From contig CM106586.1 of assembly GCA_048013815.1 (NCBI GenBank), positions 18,352,001 through 18,416,000 of the forward strand: DNA of 64,000 nt, written 5' to 3'. Both the position numbers and the translations under genes were made by a program. Within the stretch, counting starts at the first letter, position 1, and every line of letters begins with the position of its first letter. This stretch comes from Setoptus koraiensis. Lineage: Eukaryota; Animalia; Arthropoda. Shown in pieces: positions 39,213 to 51,094 of the stretch. The notes under the pieces are model-generated. The model worked only from the letters and a program-made list of their open reading frames with translations, was not told where the DNA came from and did no database searches.

Positions 39213-40034
39213 CGTTTGTTCATTGAGATCAAACACTCGACACGGCAAATAGGCTTGCTCCATTGAGGTCGAGGCAGTCACGTTGACAGGTAGCGTTGTG
39301 TCGAAGGCGGGCCGCGTTCGCAATAACTGTCGACGGTATCTATCGGACAAGCTGTTTTGCTGCTGCTGTTTGTTGGGGCCAGCGGCTACGGGCAACAGCA
39401 ACATTTTCTCGCCCCATTTGCCGCTATCACTGATAACCCGATTGGTGGACGGCTGATTGTGATGATGAACTGACTGGTCAACACTGAGCGACTCATTATA
39501 GTGACTGGCATGCTGGTCACTCAATCTCACAACCACCGACGAACAATCGACACTTTTGATGGCGCCAAATGCCCGATGCTGACCGTTGTTGTCTGGCCCA
39601 AACAAAAGCGCAAGCCAAAACAATGTAACCAACATAGACACTGGTATCACAATGGTAAATATCACAGATAATGAGCATCTTTTGGCTAATTTACAACTAA
39701 ACGTCGTAATGGTGCGGCCTTTCCGGTGAGCGATTGTGGCGCCAATTCGACAACGGTGACACCGAAGCGGCAACTCGTTAGCTGGCCGCCGGCATGGCCT
39801 CTCGTGGGCCTGCAAGGCTGTCAAGCGAACTTGTTGTGGGGCGACAATTTTGCAAAATGCATCACAAATTGCATTCACTGGCTGCTGCTGATTTGTTGTT
39901 GGGGCAATGGGTGGCGAAATTGCTGCTAATTGCAATTGGCTGCTGCTGATTCTTGTGGATTCTTTAATTAATTCAGGTGTCTGGAAGGACGTTTGCGAGT
40001 GACCATAGGCTGTTGGTGAGTTTTCTGTTGACAT
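39213..40034 (-). CDS. dpr: dpr-family (defective proboscis extension response / zig-8-like) two-Ig protein, exon 1
   Basis: 274 codons ending RPAFDTTLPVNVTASTSMEQAYLPCRVFDLNEQT|gtgagt, the start of a dpr Ig1 domain. Hydrophobic segment SVIFTIVIPVSMLVTLFWLALLFG. The paralog identity is unknown. Confidence 0.85.
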
Positions 40035-40605
40035 TAATTCTGTTGTTGAGCTCTATTGTATAAATATTTCATATATGCTATGTTGTGTTGTGTTTGATCT
40101 AGCTATAAATAATAATTAAGCTACAATGGCTACATTTGACGCTCACTGTCATCACTTGACTGATCGCAGTTCGCAGTTGTGAATTGTTCTAGTTCATCGA
40201 CATGACATCGACATTCTTTTTCCAATTTGCCGTTCAATTTACATTTTTCGCCGTCGACAAACACAATTCAGTCAGTCGAACTGTATTGACACTGACACAA
40301 TTATACCGATATTGCCGACAGGTGATGGTCGTTTCTAATTCACTTGCATTGGTCATTTAATCGGAACTCGGGCCAACTCTACACAAACTCGAAACGCATC
40401 TAAAATCTTTCTAAACAGCGACGGAATTGAAATGATTAAAAGCTGTGAGTGACTGAGATACACAATATTCCGAGATGATATAGCGACGGCCAGTTCCGGC
40501 ACCGTCTCACTGACGCCATCGGGCCGCTAGTGTTTGGCGCCCGTGACGCCATCTGGCGTCACCCCATGAATAGTCGCGCTTGTGGTGGTTTTTGCTAACG
40601 AGGTA

Positions 40606-40714
40606 ACTAGTGCTGGGGCAGGGGCATGCCTAGAGCTGGGCAGCCGGGCAGTAGATTCTTGGGCAGGGGCATGCCCTGCCCAGCAGCTGCTGTGCCCGTG
40701 CCCCCAGCACTAGT
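40606..40714. other. GC-rich element bounded by inverted repeats (ACTAGTGCTGGGG...CCCCAGCACTAGT) with an internal palindrome
   Basis: 13-bp perfect arms at 40606-40618 and 40702-40714; internal near-palindrome GGGCAGGGGCATGCCCTGCCC at 40661-40681. Confidence 0.8.
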
Positions 40715-40946
40715 CGCTGCCCATGAAGCTGCCCCTACATTAGTGCTGACTAGTCTGACTTGTCTTCTCTATGGTGCTCTGCGTTCGTAGTATGCAACCA
40801 CGTGTGTATGGATTGCTACAACGAGATCTCCATTGAGGTACAAGCCATCAATATCATCATTTCTACAGATACTCTAAGCACTGATTTAAGTATAGGTTAA
40901 ATTATTATTATTTATCTACTTTACCCATTTTAGGAATTATATAGTA

Positions 40947-41705
40947 ATGAAAGTTATTGCTCTGCTAAGTGGAGGCAAGGATAGCCTATTTAATCTATTT
41001 AAATGCAAGCAGGACGGCCATGAAATAGTTGGTGTTGCCAATCTAAAGCCACCCGATGGAACAGATGAACTGGACTCTTACATGTATCAGACTGTCGGTC
41101 ATCAAGCACTGGAGTTGATCTGTGAATCTCTTGGATTGCCTCTGTTTAGGGCGTCCATCACCGGTGAGCCTATTAATTGTGATCTAACCTATGTCAATCC
41201 AACAACCGACAAAGACTCAAAGGACGAAGTGGAACAATTACATTCGCTGCTAAAAGATATAAAAACAAAGATTGACTTTGACGCTGTCTCGGTGGGTGCC
41301 ATTTGTTCGTCATATCAAAAGTCGCGTGTGGAAAACATTTGTAAACGTTTGAATATATCCATGTTGGCCTATCTTTGGCAGCAAGACCAAGACAGCCTAT
41401 TGCAAGAAATGATTGACAATAATTTTCACGCTATACTTATCAAAGTGGCCTGCATAGGTTTAGGAAGGAAACATGTTGGGCTTAGTCTGAAGGACATACA
41501 ACAGGAATTAAGAGATCTTAAGCAGAAATATGGCACCAATATTTGTGGCGAGGGTGGTGAATTTGAGACGCTAGTTTTAGATTGTCCATTATACAGTAAA
41601 CGTTTACAAATAGACCAATTTGAGCTAGTGTGTCACGCCGATGACGCGTTCGCTCCTGTTTTCTTCATGAAACCAATCAAGATGAGTCTTGCGAATAAAG
41701 ATTAA
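40947..41705 (+). CDS. DPH6: Diphthine--ammonia ligase (ATP-binding domain protein 4), intronless CDS, 252 aa
   Basis: MKVIALLSGGKDS (PP-loop), ELDSYMYQTVGH, GAICSSYQ..RVENIC.RL, LAYLWQ and CGEGGEFETLVLDCP motifs. Probable 5'UTR intron 40838-40933; AATAAA at 41708-41717. Confidence 0.97.
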   Translation: MKVIALLSGGKDSLFNLFKCKQDGHEIVGVANLKPPDGTDELDSYMYQTVGHQALELICESLGLPLFRASITGEPINCDLTYVNPTTDKDSKDEVEQLHSLLKDIKTKIDFDAVSVGAICSSYQKSRVENICKRLNISMLAYLWQQDQDSLLQEMIDNNFHAILIKVACIGLGRKHVGLSLKDIQQELRDLKQKYGTNICGEGGEFETLVLDCPLYSKRLQIDQFELVCHADDAFAPVFFMKPIKMSLANKD

Positions 41706-42628
41706 CAAATAAATAAAAAGTGTAACAAAAAACTAGTCTGTGAACTTATTTGGGTCACTCTAGCCGCTAGAATGAGCGATCTCTCGCGAGCAATAAACCC
41801 GACGAACAAACAAATGATATCATTATATAGAAGTTGTAGCTACATATACAACAGTACTAAATATGTAGAGCTAATTAATGAACAATCCACAGTAATAAGT
41901 ACAGGTGAAAATGTCTGTAATAAATGCCAAATGAGTTTTAAAAGCTCGAGACACCGTTTTACCGTTTGGCGTTGTCGGCATTGTGTCGAGGTCAGTTATA
42001 TTAAAGTCCTAGAGAGGCGCGCAGAGCGCTTTAAAAACTTGAGCGAATAGCGCAATATCTTCACAGATGTACAGTTGTGTCTGTGAATAGCGTATAGAAG
42101 GCTGTGCACTGATACAATTTCATGTTAGCTAACACGAGAATACGATAGCGAATAGCGCCCTCGGACGTCCGTTCCCCAACTCCGCTGAGTGCCACAGCTA
42201 CTGAATTGGCCGCTAACAACAGCACTCAAATTGAATAATGAAAGCTGCTGTGCCAGGTACAGCCACACAGCTGTCGATACGAGCCGTTGCATTGGAATAG
42301 GTTCGGACAACTACACTCTGTTTACATGAAAAAATAATCATATCATGCCAAAAGATCTGTATATATTATTGCTGCTATGACAGATAGAGTTGGATTATAT
42401 GACTCACAAGAGGCTTATTCAGGACTAGCGGACCCCCTGAGGATTAACTTAAATAACAACAAATGAAATAGAGGTGCAATATTACAGACCTGAGGGAATA
42501 CTCCATGGAAGTGGACAGAGTAAATGTAGTAATCTTTGCATCGATTGAATTTTAAAATTCTTAAAACGCCAGCATCAGCCAACAATTATCATTTGTATTC
42601 ATAGAGGATAACATATCTCATTGGAAAA

Positions 42629-44014
42629 ATGCTTTCCCAAGCTCTATTCAATCACAAGCTTGATGCCGTTTCATCGAACGAAACAAACCAACTCCAAACC
42701 AGTGAATATAGCTCAGCCGGGTCTGTCAGTAGCACAAACGGTTCCATATCGCCAAGCAATAGAAATGTCACCAGTACCACCAATGTCCAACAAACAGAAA
42801 CGAGCGATAAAGACTCTGCCGAGTCGACAAACAACAACAGTAATCTAATTACTGATGGCGATAGCTCTTTCAATGAGTCGAGCGACGAAATTAAAGAATT
42901 CGAACAACGATGGGGCTACAATATAGCCAATTTGTTTGACATTTGTTTAAAATTCTACAAAAACAACGAGAGCAAAGCCTTTCATCCCACATTCGATCAG
43001 CGCAATAGATTGAATGCACTTGTCATTCAAGCGAAACACGGTAAATATGACGAGAAAAAAATGCCAGAGATTGGTGTGCTGGACCTGGTTGGAAAAAATA
43101 GACGCCATCAGTGGTCATTGTTGGGCGATATGTCAAAACTGGAGGCCAAATACAGGTTTATTCTAATCATCGATGAGATATGTCCTCTTTTCAAAGCTTT
43201 TGTGGAGGCCATTAGACTAGACAGAAACGATGACTCTCTTGCTGATTCTAGCAATTCTTGTAACTCGCACAATGATAATCATGAAGTTAAACAACAAAAT
43301 GATAATCAAAGCAACAATAATATTGATAATAATAATCCAAGCAACGATGATACAGCAGCAAACAAAGAAGCGTTAGATGATCCTAATAAATTGGCACAAA
43401 CTATGCTAGAGCAGCAAAACAAGGCAATATATGAGATATTATGCAAGCAAACATACGAGCAATTCAGTAACTATGCCTACAATCAATATCCAAATGATGA
43501 AACTAAAAGAGAATATCTAGTGCAAAAATTACAATTGCAGTATTATAATCAGTATATGCAACAAGTGTACCAGCAACAGCAGCAAACGGCCCATAAAACC
43601 AATAGCCCAGTTGCTAGTGATACTATGCAACATTCACAAAATCAAAACAACAACTGCACAACTGAGGAGGAGGAAATCCCAAACAAAAATGCTAGATTGG
43701 ATGCCAGTAATAGTAATGGTAGAGATGTTATTTATGAGTCAAAGGTAGATGATATAGTGGAAACAACTGCAAATATTGATATTAATCAAGACAAAAGTTC
43801 TAGTGATTCTCTTGCTGACACGGATCATACAGGAGATGATGAGGAAGAACACGAGGAGCATGATGAAGATGATGATTGGCCAATCGATTCTCATAATCTT
43901 GATCTGAGCGTGGCAACGCCATCGCTTTGGACAAGGAACACCATCGACGAATTCAAAGAATCTATCAGAAATGAAGGCCGGTCTGGAATCTTTGTCGTTC
44001 ACTTTGGAGAATCT
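42629..44014 (+). CDS. ACBD3: Golgi resident protein GCP60/ACBD3, exon 1 (ACB domain, Q domain, start of GOLD)
   Basis: WGYNIANLFDICLKFYK...KAFHPTF...PEIGVLDLVGKNRR..W (ACB); QTYEQF..YA..QYP...LQLQYYNQYMQQ (Q domain); PSLWTR...FKESIR; donor TCT|gtaagt. Confidence 0.93.
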
Positions 44015-44124
44015 GTAAGTTGATACTATCAATAGCACTAGCAACGAAACAAAAAGCAAACTAAAACAAAGTTAGAATTCTAATTAGTGTCCTTAAATGT
44101 GCCCTTATCTTCTAACAACATTAG

Positions 44125-44503
44125 GTAACAGTTCGTGCGCCCACGCATCCAAATGGAAAAAGTATCTATTGGGAGTTTGCTACGGATAATTTTGACATTG
44201 GATTTGGTGTTTTGTTTCAATTTGAAAAAGATCCGACAAAAGACCATGCTCAGTCCATCAATTACGATGTAGATGGTGATGCTGACACTAACACCGATGA
44301 GGATGATAATCAAAATTATCTTAGCACCGATAGGGAGAAATGCGATATTGAGAACGGTATTTTTAAAGATAATAATATTAATAGCAATTCACCACCACCG
44401 CCACCACCTTCAAAGAGTTTCACATCTATAGTTGTGATACCTATATATAGGCGCGACTCTCACGAAGAGGTATACGCCGGTCGTCATGATTACCCTGGTC
44501 AAG
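44125..44503 (+). CDS. ACBD3: ACBD3 exon 2 (GOLD: VTVRAPTHPNGKSIYWEFATDNFDIGFGV...IPIYRRDSHEEVYAGRHDYPGQG)
   Basis: attag|GTA acceptor in phase 0 and CAAG|gtacgt donor; canonical ACBD3 GOLD motifs. Confidence 0.94.
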
Positions 44504-44765
44504 GTACGTACATCATCGGTAGCTTCGCCAAGTTAGACCTTATAAACCAACAACTTCATTAACTTGTTGAGATTAAGGAAGTAACGGTGCACGGCTATTG
44601 GCAGGTTCAAGTTTACAAATTAAATCACTTACTAAGCGAGCAACTTTCTTTCTATCTTTCTCTCTGCCCTCTTCTATACATATAAATATATAAAATGATG
44701 CTCCCCGCTTGGCACAAATAACTACTACTACTACTACTACTACTACAACCACAACAATAATACAG

Positions 44766-44872
44766 GTGTATACTTATTAAAATTCGACAACACCTATTCC
44801 AAGCTTAGATCTAAAACAGTCTATTATAGAGTGTGTTATTATCCACATTATGAACCAGCAGTAAGATCATAG
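44766..44872 (+). CDS. ACBD3: ACBD3 exon 3 (GVYLLKFDNTYSKLRSKTVYYRVCY...*)
   Basis: atacag|GT acceptor in phase 1; GVYLLKFDN.YS..RSK.VYYRV is the ACBD3 C-terminus; TAG at 44870-44872; total 623 aa. Confidence 0.93.
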
Positions 44873-47336
44873 TATTTATTTATATTTATATTAGTAAAAA
44901 TATAATCACGGATTTACAAAGATTGTACTACTTTTGTTCGACCGCAAACTTGAGTGAGCAGAAAGAAAAAGAAACTTCCAAACACACATATAATAAAAAA
45001 GCACATATCTATATCTATATATATATATGTTATCAATTAACAAAACGGTTAATGTTTGTTATTCTCTGTCTCAGCATTCTCATTCATTATCTGATGAGAT
45101 AAATTTGCATCTCCATAATGAGTTGCCTTAATGATCGAACTGATAGAACGCGACGAATCTCCGAGAGGCGTGTGTGATGTATGATTGTAATGACGCGTTC
45201 AACTAATTTCAGAAACCCTTTAGTTGCTATCATTACAATTATTATTATTACAACTGATGTCGATGAATAATCAAATCGGACAACACAAACTAAAACATTA
45301 ACTGCTATTCATCCTTAACCCAGCGACCCAGCAAGAAGGCGAGTGCTTGAGTAGAGCCAATCTTTGTTTGTTACGTAACGCTATGTCTTTTCCTTAAATA
45401 AAGAAAAGAGTTAATGAATAATGATGATGAGACCAGAGTGCATTTATATGTTTTGTTGTATTATGTTGTAAATTTAATTGAGCTGGCCTGAGTTGAGTTG
45501 AGTTGAGACGAGCAACAACTTAATGTCTGACAGCAACAGCTCGCCAGACGGCTATTAAAGTTGATGAGTTATAAAACAGCAACCAGCCAATAAATTGGCC
45601 GATGGTCGTTGACGGACAGAGTTGATTACCATGACAAGGTGGCATTTTGTTTTTCATTCTTCCTCCAATAATCGTCAGGATTTTCACCTAAAATCTTTCT
45701 ATTTGACTTGATCAAATTAGAGTGTTAGGTGTAACTGTATTGGTGCGCCTCTCATTTCATTCTGGAATTTTCTGCAATGCAAAGGTTGGACGAGGGAGAG
45801 AGAGAGCCATTGAGAAATGGCCATTCACTTTGGACGGGGCACAACAGGAACATATGCAAATCTGAGGCGGCCAAGGCATACACGTACCCGAGAGATCTTT
45901 CCGACAGTTTGGGCTGCCTTCAAGGTGATCGCTGATCAGTTTTGGCATGTTTGTAGCATGTTTGTAGGGTTCCCAGAAATGCAAGTGATAGCGGTATATC
46001 TCAAGGAGACTTGCCAAGAGATGTAGCTGTGTTTGTGTGAATTAAAAGATGTAGCTGTGTATTGTGTGTCAATCTATTTATTATCTTCTCTTTCTCTCGT
46101 TTTTTATTCTTGTGTTCTTGTGTGGAAATAGGTGCGTGATATGAGAGCAAGAGCGATAGTTAAATTAACACACACAGACTTAAATTATAATGCTGTTCAA
46201 TGGTTTTGATTAATTGGCTAAAAACCAACAGCGACAAAATAAATCTTTCAACGACCATGACACGCTTAATCTATATGAATGAATATAATACCACCTAGGT
46301 AAAGACTAACCAACTTTACCTGACTTTACCTGTGAGTAGCTGGCATACACAAGCTGCCAGTGCAAGTGGTTGCCAGCGAGTTTATAGCAATTGGCAAGAT
46401 GAGAGAAATAAAAAAGAGCGCCATTTGTTTGCGTGTACTTGTATCATCATATACAGTATATGTGTATGACAGGGGAAGACGGACCAAACGGAGAGAAGAA
46501 GAAGAAGTAAATTGAAATATCAGGATTGGAAGAATCCTCTTTTCTTTTTATTTCACCAACTTGTTGTTGTTCTCGGTTTCTTTCACACGGCTCGATCCTT
46601 TCTTTCGCTCTGTTTCTCGTCCGATTCAATTACGGCGATACCAAGAAACCGTTTAATATGTTACATACAAACATGTGTACAAAGCGAGAGCCTCTCTTCG
46701 ATGGCAAGCACGATCCATGTTGTCGAAAGCGAATAGTTTATTTTAGGCTAGAATGCAAGTTTATCAATTTCGACTATTTGTCACCCGAGACAAAATCTAA
46801 TCTCGCTGGCACGTTTGCTGTTTGCTGTTTGCTGTTGATCGGTACTGAACAGCGACGAGCGAGTCTATAACAGATAAAGAGTCTCCAGCGACGATGAATA
46901 ATCAAGCCGAAGCCCATTGACAGTAATGGAAACGGATTAGAACAGATTCGGTTGTTGCAACAACAGCGGAGGCATTCCGACACAAACTGTTTGATTGTTT
47001 GAGAGTGTGTACCTGTCGAGATATTGAATTGAAGAATGACGGCCACACATACCGTACATTGTGATTTTCGCTTCGACAACACTGTTGCTCTCATTATTGC
47101 TCTCACCACAATAACTGTTAATAACTGCCAGTGAGCACATTAATGTATACAAGACACAGCCAAAACTTGTTGCTCCTCCCGAATTGCAAAAATATCAATT
47201 AGGCTGATCTGTGTTGATGTTGCTGGCACGCTTTTGATAACAAATAATTAATTGTGGTAGAAATTCGCGACGAACCCTTTACTTCTCAGAATTGAGCCCA
47301 TCAAACAAAGCGCAACAATGCCATACCACCACCACC

Positions 47337-47367
<31 letters not shown>

Positions 47368-47605
47368 CGACAATATCCGCTCAATTTGTGCGGCTCTTTT
47401 ATCGCAATTGTCAGACGATCTCATCACGACAACACAGACAGGTATGCACTACTTATATGCATCGCTGTCGGATTTGCACGAGTCGTTGATTGGATCGTAG
47501 ATATTGTACAGGTATTTTACAGTAGATGTGCCAAGCCATTTAGTTGCAGCGCTTGCACTGTCGATCTTGACAACGGTCTTGCCAGTCCAGAGCGCGATCG
47601 GACAA

Positions 47606-47656
47606 ACTGGCAACGCTGGCAAGACTGGCAACGCTGGCAAGACTGGCGACGCTGGC
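47606..47656. repeat. 18-mer ACTGGCAACGCTGGCAAG x3
   Basis: Direct reading. Confidence 0.9.
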
Positions 47657-47732
47657 TCCTCCCGAATCAAATGCCGCCCGAATTAACTGTTCGATTGAGC
47701 TACCTGTTGGAGCGAGCCGCCGTTTCGGACGG

Positions 47733-47769
47733 AATAAAAGCGACGGCATCCATTGTGTTTGGCATCAGT
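47733..47769 (+). promoter_or_regulatory. TATA-like box (AATAAAAG) plus arthropod initiator TCAGT for the cuticle protein gene
   Basis: AATAAAAG at 47733-47740 and TCAGT at 47765-47769, about 30 nt apart and about 145 nt upstream of ATG 47912. Confidence 0.45.
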
Positions 47770-47911
47770 CAAGCAGTCGCGTCGATCGAGCAAACAACGC
47801 TTAGCCAGCACCCATTGAGACCAGACGTCAACACTCAAGACAACAAACTTGCAAAACTTTCACTTGTCGCCCATTTGTCACACCAGCAACAAACATCAAC
47901 CAACAGTCAAC

Positions 47912-47920
47912 ATGTTCAAA
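47912..47920 (+). CDS. Cuticle protein exon 1 (MFK micro-exon)
   Basis: caacATGTTCAAA|gtgagt; the phase 0 donor fits the exon 2 acceptor. A short first coding exon is typical of CPR genes. Confidence 0.8.
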
Positions 47921-48170
47921 GTGAGTCGTCAACATCATTTGCATATAACCATTCAATTATGTAATCACTGATTGCTAATCATCAGTGTGCTTGTAACACG
48001 ATCTTTAATCTCTCGCCCTCCCGCCCCCGATTTCTCCCTTACCACAATAATTACCTTAATTAATAACCTTAATTAATTACCTTAATTAATTAACAACAAT
48101 CAAACACACACACACACACACACACACACTGAACGACAAACATGAATCAACTATTGACATGATCAATTAG

Positions 48171-48542
48171 AGCACAATTGTCTTAGTAGTGGTGGCCTCA
48201 ATGGTGGCCGTCGTGCTCAGCGCCCCCGCCGAGCCCCAATCGGCGCCTACGCCATATGCGTACTCGTACTCGGCTGACAGCAACGGCGGTCAGGCGTCGC
48301 ACAGCGAGCAAGGCGACGGCAACGGAAGAGTTTCCGGTTTCTACACAATATTGGGCGCGGACGGACGCGAGCGCAGAGTGGAGTATGTTGCCGACGAGAA
48401 CGGATACCGTGCCACCGTGCAAACCAACGAGGTCGGAACAAAGGCCGACTCGGCCGCCAACGCCGAATTCATTGTGTCGGCCCCAAGCGAGGGTCAAATG
48501 CGCCAGGCCAACGCCTTCCAGAGAGCCGCGGCACAAAACTGA
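48171..48542 (+). CDS. Chitin-binding R&R (chitin_bind_4) cuticle protein, exon 2; 126 aa in total
   Basis: caattag|AGC acceptor; signal peptide STIVLVVVASMVAVVLSA; PYAYSY...SHSEQGDGNGRVSGFYTILGADGRERRVEYVADENGYRATVQTNEVGT is an R&R consensus with the TNE.GT extension seen in chelicerate CPRs. Confidence 0.93.
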   Translation, partial: STIVLVVVASMVAVVLSAPAEPQSAPTPYAYSYSADSNGGQASHSEQGDGNGRVSGFYTILGADGRERRVEYVADENGYRATVQTNEVGTKADSAANAEFIVSAPSEGQMRQANAFQRAAAQN

Positions 48543-49863
48543 ACAGGTCGCCCGCTCGATTGCGCCACTCGCACTGTCCGCGTCGGACTGTCCGAGTGGG
48601 ATTATCCGAGCCGCATGGCCCAATCACGGATGTACCATATGATCTAAGATATTCTCGCATGCATAAATGCGAGACACAAGAGCCCCCCACAGATGAAATA
48701 TAAGAAACAAACGGAACAGAACGTACTGCCACACGTCACATATAGTCAGGTGGAGCGTGGTCGTGTTCGCCATCGCCAACTACCGCTCACCACTACCACC
48801 AGAGGCGCTCCCAGTCAACACGTACACGTGCTTCGTTCATATATCACGATACAAGCGTGTATCACTCGGGGCCATATATCACGGGCTGCCGCATCATCAA
48901 TAACACGTGACAATATTGGCTCGTTTTGTGGCGCGTTGAACACCCCGCAATGGCCACACATTACACGTGCACGCGTTGCTGGTCAGCGCCGGTCAGCCAG
49001 TGGCCAGCGATGAGTGGCTGTAATTAGTAGCAGTAGTAATTAGCGATCATAACGATAGCGAGTGCGATGACGAAACGAACGCGACAACACTAATAAATGA
49101 CAAAATTGTTTCACCTGTCCATTGCTGGCTCGCCTCACATTTTATTGGTTTATTTATTGGTCGGTTGGCGCAAATTTATTTATTTTCTCGGTTTATTTTC
49201 TCTGTTGGTTGTTCATTGTCTCTGTTCTTCGTTTATCTCTAGTCTGGGGTCTGGTCGCCAGGGTCTAGTCTAGCCAGACTAAAGCGACTAGACTCAAGTG
49301 ACTAGAGATAACTAGCGACTCGAGTTATATTTAGTGACTAGAGATAACTGCTGGCACGGCTGCTAGACGGCGCCCAACGACGGCGGCCCGGTTGGCAAGC
49401 TCGACGCGGCAGCTATATCGAGCGCTGTTGTTGTGTGCTGTCAGTGCACATGACATTGTTTACATGTTGTTGTGATTATTTATTGAGGCCAGATATTGGC
49501 CCCAGTTGGCGACTGCGTCGTCAGCGCGGCACAAGTGCCAGACATGCGCAAATGGGGAGCCTGATGGCAATGTTGCCATGGCAAGCCAATTGAGCCGGCG
49601 TGCACTATCGGCATTTGATATTTAGGCTTTTAGGCTAAAAAAGGCAACACAGCAACAACGACACCAACAACGACAACAGCAACATCGGCAACTAAAATGA
49701 CAACAGCAACAGCAACGGCAACGGTAGCAATATCGACAAATGACGATAACGAGCACAGTGACAAGCACCTAGCACCAGTTATACTTGAGCCAGCCATCAA
49801 TTTTGTTACATAACGTCGCCAGTCGGCAGCAACTTGGCCAAGATTGGTTTGTTGTAGGCGTAA

Positions 49864-50320
49864 ATGCAAATGCATTGTAAGCGAATAATTGATAGCATCA
49901 AGTCAACAGCAACAGCAGCAACCATGACACAAAACAACAATTACAGTCTCATTAGATGCAAATTTCTTTTGATATTATCGCTGTGGGTGATAGCGATCAA
50001 TTTGCATTTGTCAAGTCGACACGTTTTCGTTTTGACGGGCTCGCCCAACGCAACTGGCTCGTCGTGGCCAGCAGCAACAACACAGCAGCAGCAGCAGCAA
50101 CAGCAACACAACAGCGGCCCACTCACAACAGCGTCACATCAGACAGGTGAGGGCGCGACAGGGGCGCCCATCGCACAGTTAAACAGCAACAATCAGCAAG
50201 CGACGGACAACAAGCAGCAGCAGCAGCAGCGAATCAAGCCGAGAATTAGCAAAAATCAAATCAAGAGAATAGGCAATTGTGATTACGACAAGGGCGAATG
50301 GCAAGAGTGCCAAGCCAACG
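49864..50320 (+). CDS. miple: Pleiotrophin/midkine-family (miple-like) secreted protein, coding exon 1 (start may be ATG 49924)
   Basis: Signal-like CKFLLILSLWVIAINL, Q-rich linker, then GNCDYDKGEWQECQANG|gtgagt (PTN/MK C.Y.K..W.EC motif). Confidence 0.82.
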
Positions 50321-50337
50321 GTGAGTGTCCCCATCCC

Positions 50338-50408
50338 ATGATCCCGATACCCCGATAGCCCGATAGCCCGATATCCCGATATCCCGATACCCCGATACCC
50401 CGATATCC
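50338..50408. repeat. 7-8-mer CCCGATA(N) array in miple intron 1
   Basis: Direct reading. Confidence 0.88.
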
Positions 50409-51094
50409 CCCAAAACCCGCGCTCACAATCGGCCGATACCCGCGCTCACGATCGGCCGATATCCATGATGATATCCATGCTGATGTCCATGCTCGCAATG
50501 TGCCGGTGTGCAGGCTGAGCCGATCGATTTGCGACAACTCGAGAATCGCCAACTAATTCGAGACGGCAGGCGCCCCCAACTGGCGAACCTTGGACTTGCA
50601 ATTGGCAACGTTAAAACTATTCACATGCGACATACATGATAACGTAGAATACGATCACGTTTTTGCGACATACATTATGATTGAACAACTATCTGCATTA
50701 TGTATGATACAGATAGTTGCCAGCGATTGGGCCAGCTCAGCGTCGAGCTGGCCAACAATTTGATTGGGCGATTCGCCACTAGATCGCGTCGCGCTCATTG
50801 CACAGGCTGCACGGGGCGCACTTCCGTTTTGGCGCCTCGATCGTATTTAGTGGTGACAATTGTGAGCGTGTGCACGAGCCGAACAAAACAAAAAACAGAA
50901 TGCAAACAAAAATTAAAATTACACAAAAGTAAAAGTGAATAGAAAACTAAAAATAAAAAAGCTCTCACTGACTCTCTGATGTTTGTTTATTCTTTTATCC
51001 GTTTTTTGTTTACGTTTGTCCCACTGCGCCCCACTTGGCCGGCCGCAAAACAAACAACAACAACAACAACAACAACGCGCAACAACCATAATAG

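Noticed and set aside
45757-46017. ORF with a vaguely BIR-like WEP...H...SPNC string
   Set aside because: Zinc ligands and spacing do not fit, and no supporting exons were found.
47386-47964. 192-aa ORF upstream of the cuticle protein
   Set aside because: It overlaps the CPR promoter, 5'UTR and first intron, contains an 18-mer repeat translation and has no motifs.
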